DNA of 64,000 nucleotides from an uncultured bacterium. GTDB taxonomy: Bacteria; Planctomycetota; UBA1135; GCA-002686595. The position numbers and the translations under genes are program-made. The notes beneath the pieces were generated by a model that searched no databases, was not told the DNA's origin, and worked only from the letters and a program-made list of their open reading frames with translations. The stretch lies in assembly GCA_943787795.1 (NCBI GenBank), contig CALSNU010000001.1, forward strand, positions 224,001-288,000. Direction: 5' to 3'. Below are positions 19,311 to 27,790 of the stretch, in pieces (the first letter of the stretch is position 1; the number at the start of each line of letters is the position of its first letter).

Positions 19311-20543
19311 ATGCTGTCACTTCTCTTAGCGCTCGCCGTCGGGGCCCCCGACTGGCCCGACTTCCGAGGCCCCGGGCGGGACGGGCACGCGGACGGCGTG
19401 GACCTCCCCATGTCATGGAGCGAGGAGGAGCACGTGGTCTGGAAGACCGCGATCCACGGTCGGGGCTGGTCCTCACCGGTGTTGCTGGAGGGGCGCGCGT
19501 GGCTGACCACGGCGCCGTCCAAGGGCGGCGCGCTCTCCGTCATCGCCGTGGACCTTGACTCCGGAGAGGTCGTGGTGGATCGGGTGGTGTTCGAGGTCGC
19601 CGAGCCGGAGCCCCGCAACGGTCTCAACAGCTACGCCTCGCCGAGCCCGGTGGTGGCGGAAGGGCGGGTCTTCGTGCACTTCGGGACCTACGGCACCGCG
19701 TGCCTGGACGCGGAGACCGGCGAGACCGTCTGGTCGAGGACGGACCTGAAGTGCGATCACCTCGAGGGCCCCGGGTCGTCCCCGCTCTTGCAGGACGGGC
19801 GCCTCTTCCTCCACCTCGATGGCGCCGACGTCCAGTACCTCGTGGCGCTCGACCCGAAGACCGGGGAGACCCTGTGGAGAACGGAGCGGACCGCGGACCT
19901 CGAGCCCCTCGCGCCCGACTTCCGCAAGGCGTATAGCACGCCGCTGCTCACCACGATGAAGGGAGCGGAGGGGCCCCGGCCGGTGCTGATCAGCTCCGCC
20001 GCGCGGGCCACCTACGGGTATGACCCCGCCACCGGCGCCGAGCTCTGGAGGATGGATCACCCCGGCTTCTCCATGGCGTCGCGGCCGCTGCTCGTGGACG
20101 ACAAGCTCTACGTCTCCACGGGCTTCATGCGCCCCGAGCTGTGGGCCTTCAAGATCGGGGGCGCCGGCAACATCACGGACGACGCCTTCCTGTGGCGCAA
20201 CACCCGCGGCGTCCCGACCATGCCCTCCTCCGTGATCGTCGGCGGGCTCCTGTTCCAGGTCAGCGATCGCGGGATGGCGTCAGCGGTGGACCTCGAGACG
20301 GGTGAGACGCGCTGGCAAGAGCGGCTCGGTGAGAGCCACTGCGCCTCGCTGCTCGCGAGCGGCGACCGCATCTACGCCTTCGGCGTGGAGGGCAAGTCCT
20401 CCGTCTTCCGGGCCAGCGGGAGCTTCGAGAAGCTCGCGGAGGGTCAGCTCGAGGCGGGCTTCATGGCCTCGCCGGCGGTGCTCGGCGACGCGCTCATCCT
20501 GCGGACGAAGACTCACCTCTACCGGATCGAGGCGGCGCAGTGA
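19311..20543 (+). CDS. Exported PQQ-like beta-propeller protein
   Basis: Short signal peptide, DWPDFRGP, GWSSPV, NSYASPSPV, DAETGETVW. Confidence 0.88.
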   Translation: MLSLLLALAVGAPDWPDFRGPGRDGHADGVDLPMSWSEEEHVVWKTAIHGRGWSSPVLLEGRAWLTTAPSKGGALSVIAVDLDSGEVVVDRVVFEVAEPEPRNGLNSYASPSPVVAEGRVFVHFGTYGTACLDAETGETVWSRTDLKCDHLEGPGSSPLLQDGRLFLHLDGADVQYLVALDPKTGETLWRTERTADLEPLAPDFRKAYSTPLLTTMKGAEGPRPVLISSAARATYGYDPATGAELWRMDHPGFSMASRPLLVDDKLYVSTGFMRPELWAFKIGGAGNITDDAFLWRNTRGVPTMPSSVIVGGLLFQVSDRGMASAVDLETGETRWQERLGESHCASLLASGDRIYAFGVEGKSSVFRASGSFEKLAEGQLEAGFMASPAVLGDALILRTKTHLYRIEAAQ

Positions 20544-21553
20544 AGGCGCTCACCTTCCAGGGGATCAAGGACGTCGCCTGCACGGAGGCGCCTGACCCGA
20601 CCATCGAGCAGCCCACGGACGCCATCGTGCGCGTGGAGCTTTCGGCCATCTGCGGCTCGGACCTGCACGTGTACCGTGGGGCCGAGGCGGGCCTCGACCG
20701 CGGGACGGTGCTGGGGCACGAGTTCGCCGGCGAGGTCCTGGAGGTGGGCAGCGCCGTGGAGGGGATCGTCCCGGGGGACCGGGTCGTCGCGCCCTTCTCC
20801 ACCAGCTGCGGCGCCTGCCCCGCGTGCGAGCGCGGGCTCAGCTCGCGGTGCGAGTTGGGGCAGCTGTTCGGGTGGGTCGAGGGTGGCCAGGGGCTCCACG
20901 GAGGCCAGGCAGAGCTCGTGCGCGTGCCCCTCGCCGGGAGCTCCCTGGTCAAGGTGGAGGACGGCCGCGACCCGGCGGCGCTCTTCGCCGGGGACGTGAT
21001 GTCCACCGGGATGTTCCTCGCCGCGCTCGGTGGGGTCGGCCCCGGCGACCGGGTGGCCGTCATCGGCTGCGGCCCGGTGGGCCTGATGGCCGTGGTCGCC
21101 GCCCTCGACATGGGCGCCGCCGAGGTGTTCGCGCTGGACCTGCTGGAGGACCGCCTCGAGCTCGCGCGGTCGTTTGGCGCCACGCCCGTCCTGGCCTCGG
21201 ATCCGGCTCAGCTCCCGTCTGCGGTGGACGCCTCCCTCGAGGCGGTGGGGTCGCCCTCCTCCACCCGCCTGGCCTTCGATCTGCTGCGGCCCGGTGGGAC
21301 CCTCGCGGCGGCGGGCGTTCACGTGGAGCCGCAGCTCGCGTTCTCGCCCGGCGAGGCCTACGACAAGAACCTGACCTATCGCGCCGGCCGCTCTCCGGCG
21401 CGGAGCCTCCTCGAGCCGGCGCTGGAGCTGGCCACGCGCAGCGGCGTGGACCGCATCGTGTCCCACCGGATCCCGCTGGCCGAGGCCGCCCACGGCTACC
21501 GGATCTTCGACGGTCGGCTCGACGGCGCGACCAAGGTGCTCCTGGAGCCCTGA
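20540..21553 (+). CDS. Zinc-dependent medium-chain alcohol dehydrogenase
   Basis: ICGSDLH, LGHEFAG, structural Zn site CGACPAC...C, GCGPVG Rossmann motif. Confidence 0.92.
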   Translation: MKALTFQGIKDVACTEAPDPTIEQPTDAIVRVELSAICGSDLHVYRGAEAGLDRGTVLGHEFAGEVLEVGSAVEGIVPGDRVVAPFSTSCGACPACERGLSSRCELGQLFGWVEGGQGLHGGQAELVRVPLAGSSLVKVEDGRDPAALFAGDVMSTGMFLAALGGVGPGDRVAVIGCGPVGLMAVVAALDMGAAEVFALDLLEDRLELARSFGATPVLASDPAQLPSAVDASLEAVGSPSSTRLAFDLLRPGGTLAAAGVHVEPQLAFSPGEAYDKNLTYRAGRSPARSLLEPALELATRSGVDRIVSHRIPLAEAAHGYRIFDGRLDGATKVLLEP

Positions 21554-21618
21554 GTCGCCTCTCAGCAGAGTCGCCTCTCAGCAGAGTCGCCTCCCAGCAG
21601 GGCCGCCTCCCAGCAGAG
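21552..21618. repeat. 16-bp tandem repeat, 4 copies plus a partial (GAGTCGCCTCYCAGCA)
   Basis: Units start at 21552, 21568, 21584 and 21600 between convergent genes. Confidence 0.9.
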
Positions 21619-21637
21619 ACGACGTGGGGGCGAGCCG

Positions 21638-22807
21638 TCAGCGGCCGGTGAGCTCGGCGAGGACCGCCTCGAGGGCGTCGCACACCCGGCCCACGTCCTC
21701 GTCCTTCATGGCGGGGAACATGGGCAGCGACAGGGTACGGCGGTAGTACTCGGCTGCGCCCGTGAAGGGCGCCGGGTCGTAGCCGAGATCGCGGTAGTAG
21801 GGCTGGGCGGGCACGGGGATGTAGTGCACCTGGGTCCCGATGCTGCGCTCGCGCAGGCCCTGCATGACGGCGGCGCGGGTCGTCCCGAGGGCCTCGAAGT
21901 CCAGCAGGATGCCGAACAGGTGGTAGGCGCTGACGCTGCCGTCGGGGCCGGGGTCGTTGATCTCCACGGCCGCGAGCGGCGCGAGGCGCTCCTCGTACAG
22001 CCGCGCCAGGTGTCGGCGGCGGGCGACGAAGCCCTCGAGGCGGCCCATCTGCGAGGTGCCCAGGGCGCACTGGATATCGGTGATCCGGTAGTTGAAGCCG
22101 AGCTCCTGCTGCTCGTAGTACCAGGGGCCCGGCGAGGGCGCCTTGAGCTGGCCCGGCTCGCGCACCATGCCGTGGGAGATGAAGCTCCGCACCCGCGCGG
22201 CGAGCTCCGCGTCGTGGGTGACCACCGCGCCGCCCTCGCCAGTCGTGGCGTGCTTGACGGGGTGGAAGCTGAAGATCGACATGTCCGACCAGGGGCCGCC
22301 GCCGATGGGGGTGCCGCGCAGGCTCGCGCCGAGGGCGTGGGCGGCGTCGTCGATCACCGCGGCGCCGCGCTCCCGGGCGAAGGTGGAGAGCACCTCCATG
22401 TCCACGGGCCGTCCGGTGAGGTGGACCGGGATCACCGCCCGGGTGCGCGGGGTCCACGCGGCCTCAAGGTCCTCGGGCCGCATGAGGCCGCAGTCGGGGC
22501 AGACGTCGGAGAAGACCGGCCGGGCGCCCGCGTAGAGCACTGCGTTTGAGGTGGCGAGGAAGGTCACCGCGGGGACGATGACCTCGTCCTCGGGTCCAAG
22601 GTCAAGGGCATGGCAGGCCGCGTGCAGGGCGGCGGTCCCGGACGACATGGCCACGGCGTGGGGCGCTTGGACAGCGGAGGCCAGCGCGGCTTCGAACGAG
22701 CCCACCCGCGGGCCGGTGGTCAGGTAGGGGGAACGGAGCGCCTCAACAACGGCCGCGATGTCCGCGTCGTCGATGGACTGGGCGCCGTAGGGGAGGAAGT
22801 CGCTCAA
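21638..22807 (-). CDS. pseC: PseC-like NDP-4-keto-6-deoxysugar aminotransferase (DegT/DnrJ family)
   Basis: FLPYGAQSIDDADIAAV, LTTGP, DAAHALG, FSFHPVKHATTGEGG, WYYEQQELGFNYRITDIQCALG, QVHYIP. TTG start at 22807. Confidence 0.85.
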   Translation of the reverse strand: MSDFLPYGAQSIDDADIAAVVEALRSPYLTTGPRVGSFEAALASAVQAPHAVAMSSGTAALHAACHALDLGPEDEVIVPAVTFLATSNAVLYAGARPVFSDVCPDCGLMRPEDLEAAWTPRTRAVIPVHLTGRPVDMEVLSTFARERGAAVIDDAAHALGASLRGTPIGGGPWSDMSIFSFHPVKHATTGEGGAVVTHDAELAARVRSFISHGMVREPGQLKAPSPGPWYYEQQELGFNYRITDIQCALGTSQMGRLEGFVARRRHLARLYEERLAPLAAVEINDPGPDGSVSAYHLFGILLDFEALGTTRAAVMQGLRERSIGTQVHYIPVPAQPYYRDLGYDPAPFTGAAEYYRRTLSLPMFPAMKDEDVGRVCDALEAVLAELTGR

Positions 22808-23031
22808 GGTCTTGGCTCCGGAGAGAGGGCCAGAAGATAGCAGTTGTCCGGGGGCGGCGCCCGGGCTCAGACCCGACCCGCATGGCCCTTGGCCGGCTGC
22901 TTGTTGGACCGCCAGCGTCATGCGACCCGAGGACCCGGCTGTCCGGTATCCCCTGGAGCCTGAGCCATCGGGTCGCGTGGACTTGATGGGCGACGCGCGG
23001 GGCGCGGTGTCTCTGGCCCCTCGGGGCGAGC

Positions 23032-25008
23032 TCAGGGGGCCGGCGCGGGGCTCGGCTGGCCGAGTTCGCTGGCGAGTTGCTCGAGCACCGGGTGCTCGGC
23101 GCCTGCAGCGGCTGCGAGCTCGAGGGCCTCCCGGATGGTCTCGGTGTCGCCGAGTTGGGCGAGGGTCTTTACGAGCGCGGACCACGCCTCGCCGTCCCCG
23201 CGGTCCAGCGCGACAGACTGCTGCAGGGCCTCAAGGGCCCCGTCGTGCTGGTCCATGGCGGAGAGGGAGACGCCCAGGAGCAGCCATGCTTCCGCGCAGC
23301 CGGAGGCGGACTCGAGCGCGATGAGCAGCAGGCGGCTGGCCTCCATCGGGTTGCCGGCGTCGATGAGCTGAGCGGCCTTCTCGACCCCGAGATTGAGGGG
23401 GTTCTCCGGGAGGTCGGGCGCCTCGGCGAGCCAGGGGTAGGTCCGGAGGAGGAAGCGCTCTTCCACGAGACTCCGGGAGCCCTCCGCCCCCTCGGCGGGG
23501 GGGTCCTGGAGGGGCGCGTCGCCGAGGACGAACTGGCAGATCCGGTCAAGCTCGGGGTCCTTGCCCTCGGCGAGTTCGGACGTCGAGGTGAAGGTCAGCG
23601 CGCCCTTGCCGCCCGCCTGCTCCTCGACCCAGGGGAACTCCACGGCGACCTCGTTGTAGAGCTTGTTCATGAAGCGGTGGGCGAGCAGCGAGGCCCGGAA
23701 GCTCACGGGCTGCCTGACCGCTTCACGCACGGTCGGGAGATAGGCCTCGGGCGTCGGCACGAAGTGCACCATCTCGGTCAGCCCGTACCAGCCGCGGGCG
23801 ACCGCGACCACGGGCTTGCCACGAGATGCCATCTCGACGCCCAGCGTCGTGCCGTAGACGACGCCGCACGCGGCGATGTCCGCGAGCGTGTAGGAGGACA
23901 CATCGTCGGTGGGCATCACCAGCCGGCAGTTCGACGGCAGCTCCGCTGCGATGGCCCGAGCTTGCTCCATGGCCTGCTCGTTGACGCCGTAGTTGACGAG
24001 GTTGGGATGGAGCCTGATGACCCACTGGAGCTCGGGGCTCTGCCGCGCGGCTTCCAGGGTCGCGGGGATCCAGTTGAGGGAGTCGGGGAAGGCGCCCTCA
24101 CGCCGCTCGGGGAAGGTGAGCCACTCATCGTCCGAGCTCGTGAAGCAGGCCACGATCGGGCGGTCGTCGAGGGTCAGCTGACGGCGCAGGGCGTCGGCCT
24201 CCCCGGGAGGCGGGCTGAACGACCGCCAGTTGAGGTCCTTGCCGTACCGCCTGTTGTGGAACATCTGCGAGGTGGCGCGCGCCTCCTCGAGCTCGAGGGG
24301 GACGTCGTGCCAGTCGGACCAGATGCGATCGAACAGGTCCAGCTCGTGGATCATGCCCCCGGAGCGCAGGAGCGCCGTGGACTTGCGGAAGCCGCGCTCG
24401 TGCGTGACGAGCTGGAGCCCACGCTGGTGCGCGAGCTCCACGGCGACTCGGTGACTGAAGAAGCGGCCGTTGAAGGTGATGACGACCTCGGGCTGGAACT
24501 CGTCGAAGGCGCCCGAGAGGGCCTCGAAGGAGATCGCCGTTCCGACGATGCAGTCCCGTAGCACCTGCGCCACGCCGGGGTCCTCGAGGGAGATCCGCGA
24601 GAGGCGGAACTGGTTGAAGGCCGAGGACTTCGCCCACTCACCTACCGGCTGGCCGGACCAGCGGGCGTCCAGGAGCTCGTCGTCCGCGAGGCCCTTCACC
24701 CAGGTCTCGATGCGGGCGATCCGGTCCTTGGAGATCCAGGTCCCGAGCCACTGCCACTCCAGGGCGTAGCTGGCGAGGTGCGTGGACTGCAGCGCCTGGC
24801 AGTGGGAGCACGCGTTGGGGGGCCGGTGGCCGTTGGCGTCCCCCGTGGTGTTCCGACGGAAGATGTCGCACTCGCGGAAGAGGGCATCGCAGAGGGTGAA
24901 ACGAACCTCGGCGCCGCGCTCCCTGAGGGCGTGGGCGAGGGTGGCCTCCATGGCGGCGTGGTAGCCCCAGACGCTGTAGGGGCTGTGGATGAAGACGCGT
25001 TTCGACAT
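23032..25008 (-). CDS. Capsule polysaccharide biosynthesis (KpsS/KpsC-like GT-B) protein with C-terminal TPR
   Basis: FNGRF, HERGF, FTSSDDE, VIRLHPN, SSYTL...YGTTLGVEMASRGKPVV; helical TPR-like tail AEAWLLLGVSL...EAWSALVKTL. Confidence 0.65.
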   Translation of the reverse strand: MSKRVFIHSPYSVWGYHAAMEATLAHALRERGAEVRFTLCDALFRECDIFRRNTTGDANGHRPPNACSHCQALQSTHLASYALEWQWLGTWISKDRIARIETWVKGLADDELLDARWSGQPVGEWAKSSAFNQFRLSRISLEDPGVAQVLRDCIVGTAISFEALSGAFDEFQPEVVITFNGRFFSHRVAVELAHQRGLQLVTHERGFRKSTALLRSGGMIHELDLFDRIWSDWHDVPLELEEARATSQMFHNRRYGKDLNWRSFSPPPGEADALRRQLTLDDRPIVACFTSSDDEWLTFPERREGAFPDSLNWIPATLEAARQSPELQWVIRLHPNLVNYGVNEQAMEQARAIAAELPSNCRLVMPTDDVSSYTLADIAACGVVYGTTLGVEMASRGKPVVAVARGWYGLTEMVHFVPTPEAYLPTVREAVRQPVSFRASLLAHRFMNKLYNEVAVEFPWVEEQAGGKGALTFTSTSELAEGKDPELDRICQFVLGDAPLQDPPAEGAEGSRSLVEERFLLRTYPWLAEAPDLPENPLNLGVEKAAQLIDAGNPMEASRLLLIALESASGCAEAWLLLGVSLSAMDQHDGALEALQQSVALDRGDGEAWSALVKTLAQLGDTETIREALELAAAAGAEHPVLEQLASELGQPSPAPAP

Positions 25009-25229
25009 GGGGTACGGTGGAGCGAGCTTGTGGCGTGGATCCCAGCGGATGGTACGGAGGCCGGGTCGGGATCCGAAACGTGCAGCGATGGAACCAGGGG
25101 GGCGCTGAGGTCGCCGTTGGACACAACTCGGGCCCCTCCGCGTGTGACGCCGGTAAGCAACCTGGGGGCAGCGCGCGGGATTCGCTCCTGGGGAGTGGTG
25201 GGAACGCGCGCGCAGTCCAGAATGTGCGC

Positions 25230-26432
25230 ATGCTGATGGTCATGGTTCCCTGGGTCACGCTGCCCCTCGCGGGTGCGATCGGCGCCGCCGCCCCCGCTCT
25301 CGCTGGAGTGGACCCGGTCGCGGCCTCGGTGGAGGTCCCCGCCTCCGAGGAGGAGTGGCCGCTCTTTCGAGGTGACAGTCACCTGTCAGGGATCGCGTCC
25401 AGCGCGCTCCCCGCGGACCTCGAGCTCAGCTGGACCTACGATGCTGGAAAGGCGATCACGTCCTCTCCGGTGGTCGCCGGTGGCCGGGTCTTCTTCGGGG
25501 CCGACGACCATGCGGTCCACTGCGCCGACGCGAGCAGCGGAGAGCCCGTTTGGAAGTTCATGACCGAGGACCTCGTGGAGGCGCCGCCGCTGGTCCTCGA
25601 CGGGACCGTCTTCATCGGGAGTAACGACACCTTCTTCTACGCCATCGACGCCGCGACCGGCGAGCTCCGCTGGAAGGCGCCGACCATGGACAAGATCCTC
25701 GGCGGCGCCAACCACGTGTCGGTGGGGGAGCGCTCCGTGGTGGTCGTGGGGTCCTACGACAATCGCCTGTACGCCTTCGATGCGAAGACGGGTGAGCAGC
25801 TCTGGGCCTACGAGACCGACAACTACGTGAACGGCACCCCGGCCATCGACGAGGGGCGCGCGATCTTCGGCGGCTGCGACGCCATCCTGCACGTGGTGGA
25901 CGTCACGGTCGGCAAGCGGGCCGCCGCGGTCGAGCTGGGTGGCGACAGCCACATTGCGGGCTCCGCGGCCTTCCTGGGAGGACGGGCGTACTTCGGCCAC
26001 TACGGCAACCAGTTCGTGTGCGTGGACGTGGCGAAGGGCGAGGTGGTCTGGGCGTATGACTCACCGCGGCAGGCCTTCTTCTCCTCCCCGGCGATCACCG
26101 ACGACCTGGTGGTGTTCGGCGGCCGAGACCGGCATCTGCACTGCGTGCGCCGCGAGACCGGCGAGCCCGTCTGGAAGTTCCGGACCCGCCGCAAGGTGGA
26201 CGGCTCCCCGGTGGTCGCCGGCGACGCCGTGGTGTTCGGCTCCGATGATGGCCGGATGTACATGCTCGGCCTGCAGGACGGCGCCCAGCGCTGGAGCTAC
26301 GACATCGGCGAGCCTGTGCTCTCCTCGCCCGCGGTTGTGAACGGCCGGGTGTACGTGGGCGCCAACGACGGCCAGCTCTACTGCTTCGCCGCTCCTACGG
26401 CCGAGCTCAAGGACGCAGAGGTGGACCGTTGA
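25230..26432 (+). CDS. Exported PQQ-like/BamB-type beta-propeller protein
   Basis: EWPLFRGD followed by about eight regular SSPVV.GG.V..G..D blades. Start chosen at ATG 25230. Confidence 0.88.
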   Translation: MLMVMVPWVTLPLAGAIGAAAPALAGVDPVAASVEVPASEEEWPLFRGDSHLSGIASSALPADLELSWTYDAGKAITSSPVVAGGRVFFGADDHAVHCADASSGEPVWKFMTEDLVEAPPLVLDGTVFIGSNDTFFYAIDAATGELRWKAPTMDKILGGANHVSVGERSVVVVGSYDNRLYAFDAKTGEQLWAYETDNYVNGTPAIDEGRAIFGGCDAILHVVDVTVGKRAAAVELGGDSHIAGSAAFLGGRAYFGHYGNQFVCVDVAKGEVVWAYDSPRQAFFSSPAITDDLVVFGGRDRHLHCVRRETGEPVWKFRTRRKVDGSPVVAGDAVVFGSDDGRMYMLGLQDGAQRWSYDIGEPVLSSPAVVNGRVYVGANDGQLYCFAAPTAELKDAEVDR

Positions 26433-27775
26433 AGCGGCTGGACGACAACGCGAGCGGAGAGGGCGCACAGCGTGAGGCGGCGGAGAAGACCACCGTCGGC
26501 AACTACTTCATCTCCAACTACCCGCCGTATTCCTTCTGGAACGAGGAGGCGCTGGGCTCGCTGGAGGGCTGCCTGCAGTCCGCGCCGGCGGACGATCGAC
26601 CGCTCGGTCTCTACGTCCACATCCCCTTCTGCCGCAAGCGCTGCGACTTCTGCTACTTCAAGGTCTACACGGACAAGAACTCCAAGGAGGTCCGCCGGTA
26701 CCTCTCGGGGGTCGCGAGCGAGCTCGACAACTACGCGGATGTTCCGTACCTGAAGGGCCGCAGCCCGCGCTTCGTGTACTTCGGTGGGGGCACGCCCAGC
26801 TACCTCTCCACGGGCCAGCTCGAGGAGCTCTTCGGAGCCCTCCGCGAGCGGATCGACTGGTCCGACGTGGAGGAGGTGACCTTCGAGTGCGAGCCGGGGA
26901 CCCTCTCGCTGCCCAAGCTGCAGACCCTGCGCGACCTCGGGGTGACGCGCCTCTCCCTGGGCGTGGAGAACTTCAACCCGGCCATCCTCGAGCGCAATAA
27001 TCGGGCGCACCGGGCCGAGGAGATCGTGCGCACCTACGGCTTCGCCCGCGAGGTCGGGTTCCCGCAGGTGAACATCGACCTGATCGCCGGGATGATCGGC
27101 GAGACCGACGAGAACTGGGCGCACTGCATCGAGCGCACCCTGGAGCTCGGGCCCGACAGCGTGACGATCTATCAGATGGAGGTGCCCTACAACACGACCA
27201 TCTATCGCCGCATGAAGGACGACGAGACCGAGGAGGCGCCGGTGGCTGACTGGGCCACCAAGCGCCGCTGGGTCCGGGAGGCCTTCGCCGCCCTCGGCGA
27301 GGCCGGCTTCGAGCAGTCCAGCGCCTACACCGCGTACCGGGGCGGCGGGACGAGCTTCCTCTACCGGGACTCCCTCTGGCACGGCGCGGACATGCTGGGC
27401 CTCGGCGTCTCGTCCTTCTCGCACCTGGGCGGGATCCACTTCCAGAACGAGCCGTCCTTCGGCGGCTACCTCGACCGCGCGGAGCGGGGCGAGCGACCGA
27501 TCTCGCGGGCCTACGCCCTCGGGGACGACGAGCGGCTCATCCGCGAGTTCATCCTCCAGCTGAAGACCGGCACCGTCGACGCCGGCGCCTTCCGCTCCAA
27601 GTTCGAGGTGGACCCTCTGACGCGCTTCGCCGGCGCGCTGGCGGACCACGAGGCGGCTGGCATGCTGACCGTGGAGGGGGACCAGATCCGGACCACTCCC
27701 GACGGGCTCCTGGTGGTGGACACGCTCCTGCCGGCGTTCTTCCGTCCCGAGCACATCTCTGACCGCTACGTCTGA
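26429..27775 (+). CDS. HemN-like (coproporphyrinogen III oxidase family) radical SAM enzyme
   Basis: LYVHIPFCRKRCDFCYF (CxxxCxxC), YFGGGTPS, RLSLGVENF, NIDLIAG. TTGA overlap with the upstream gene. Confidence 0.9.
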   Translation: MKRLDDNASGEGAQREAAEKTTVGNYFISNYPPYSFWNEEALGSLEGCLQSAPADDRPLGLYVHIPFCRKRCDFCYFKVYTDKNSKEVRRYLSGVASELDNYADVPYLKGRSPRFVYFGGGTPSYLSTGQLEELFGALRERIDWSDVEEVTFECEPGTLSLPKLQTLRDLGVTRLSLGVENFNPAILERNNRAHRAEEIVRTYGFAREVGFPQVNIDLIAGMIGETDENWAHCIERTLELGPDSVTIYQMEVPYNTTIYRRMKDDETEEAPVADWATKRRWVREAFAALGEAGFEQSSAYTAYRGGGTSFLYRDSLWHGADMLGLGVSSFSHLGGIHFQNEPSFGGYLDRAERGERPISRAYALGDDERLIREFILQLKTGTVDAGAFRSKFEVDPLTRFAGALADHEAAGMLTVEGDQIRTTPDGLLVVDTLLPAFFRPEHISDRYV

Positions 27776-27790
27776 GCGCCCCGCGGCCCC

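Noticed and set aside
26429..27775. Calling the radical SAM gene hemN or hemW
   Set aside because: Diagnostic motifs were not seen and there is no heme-pathway context.
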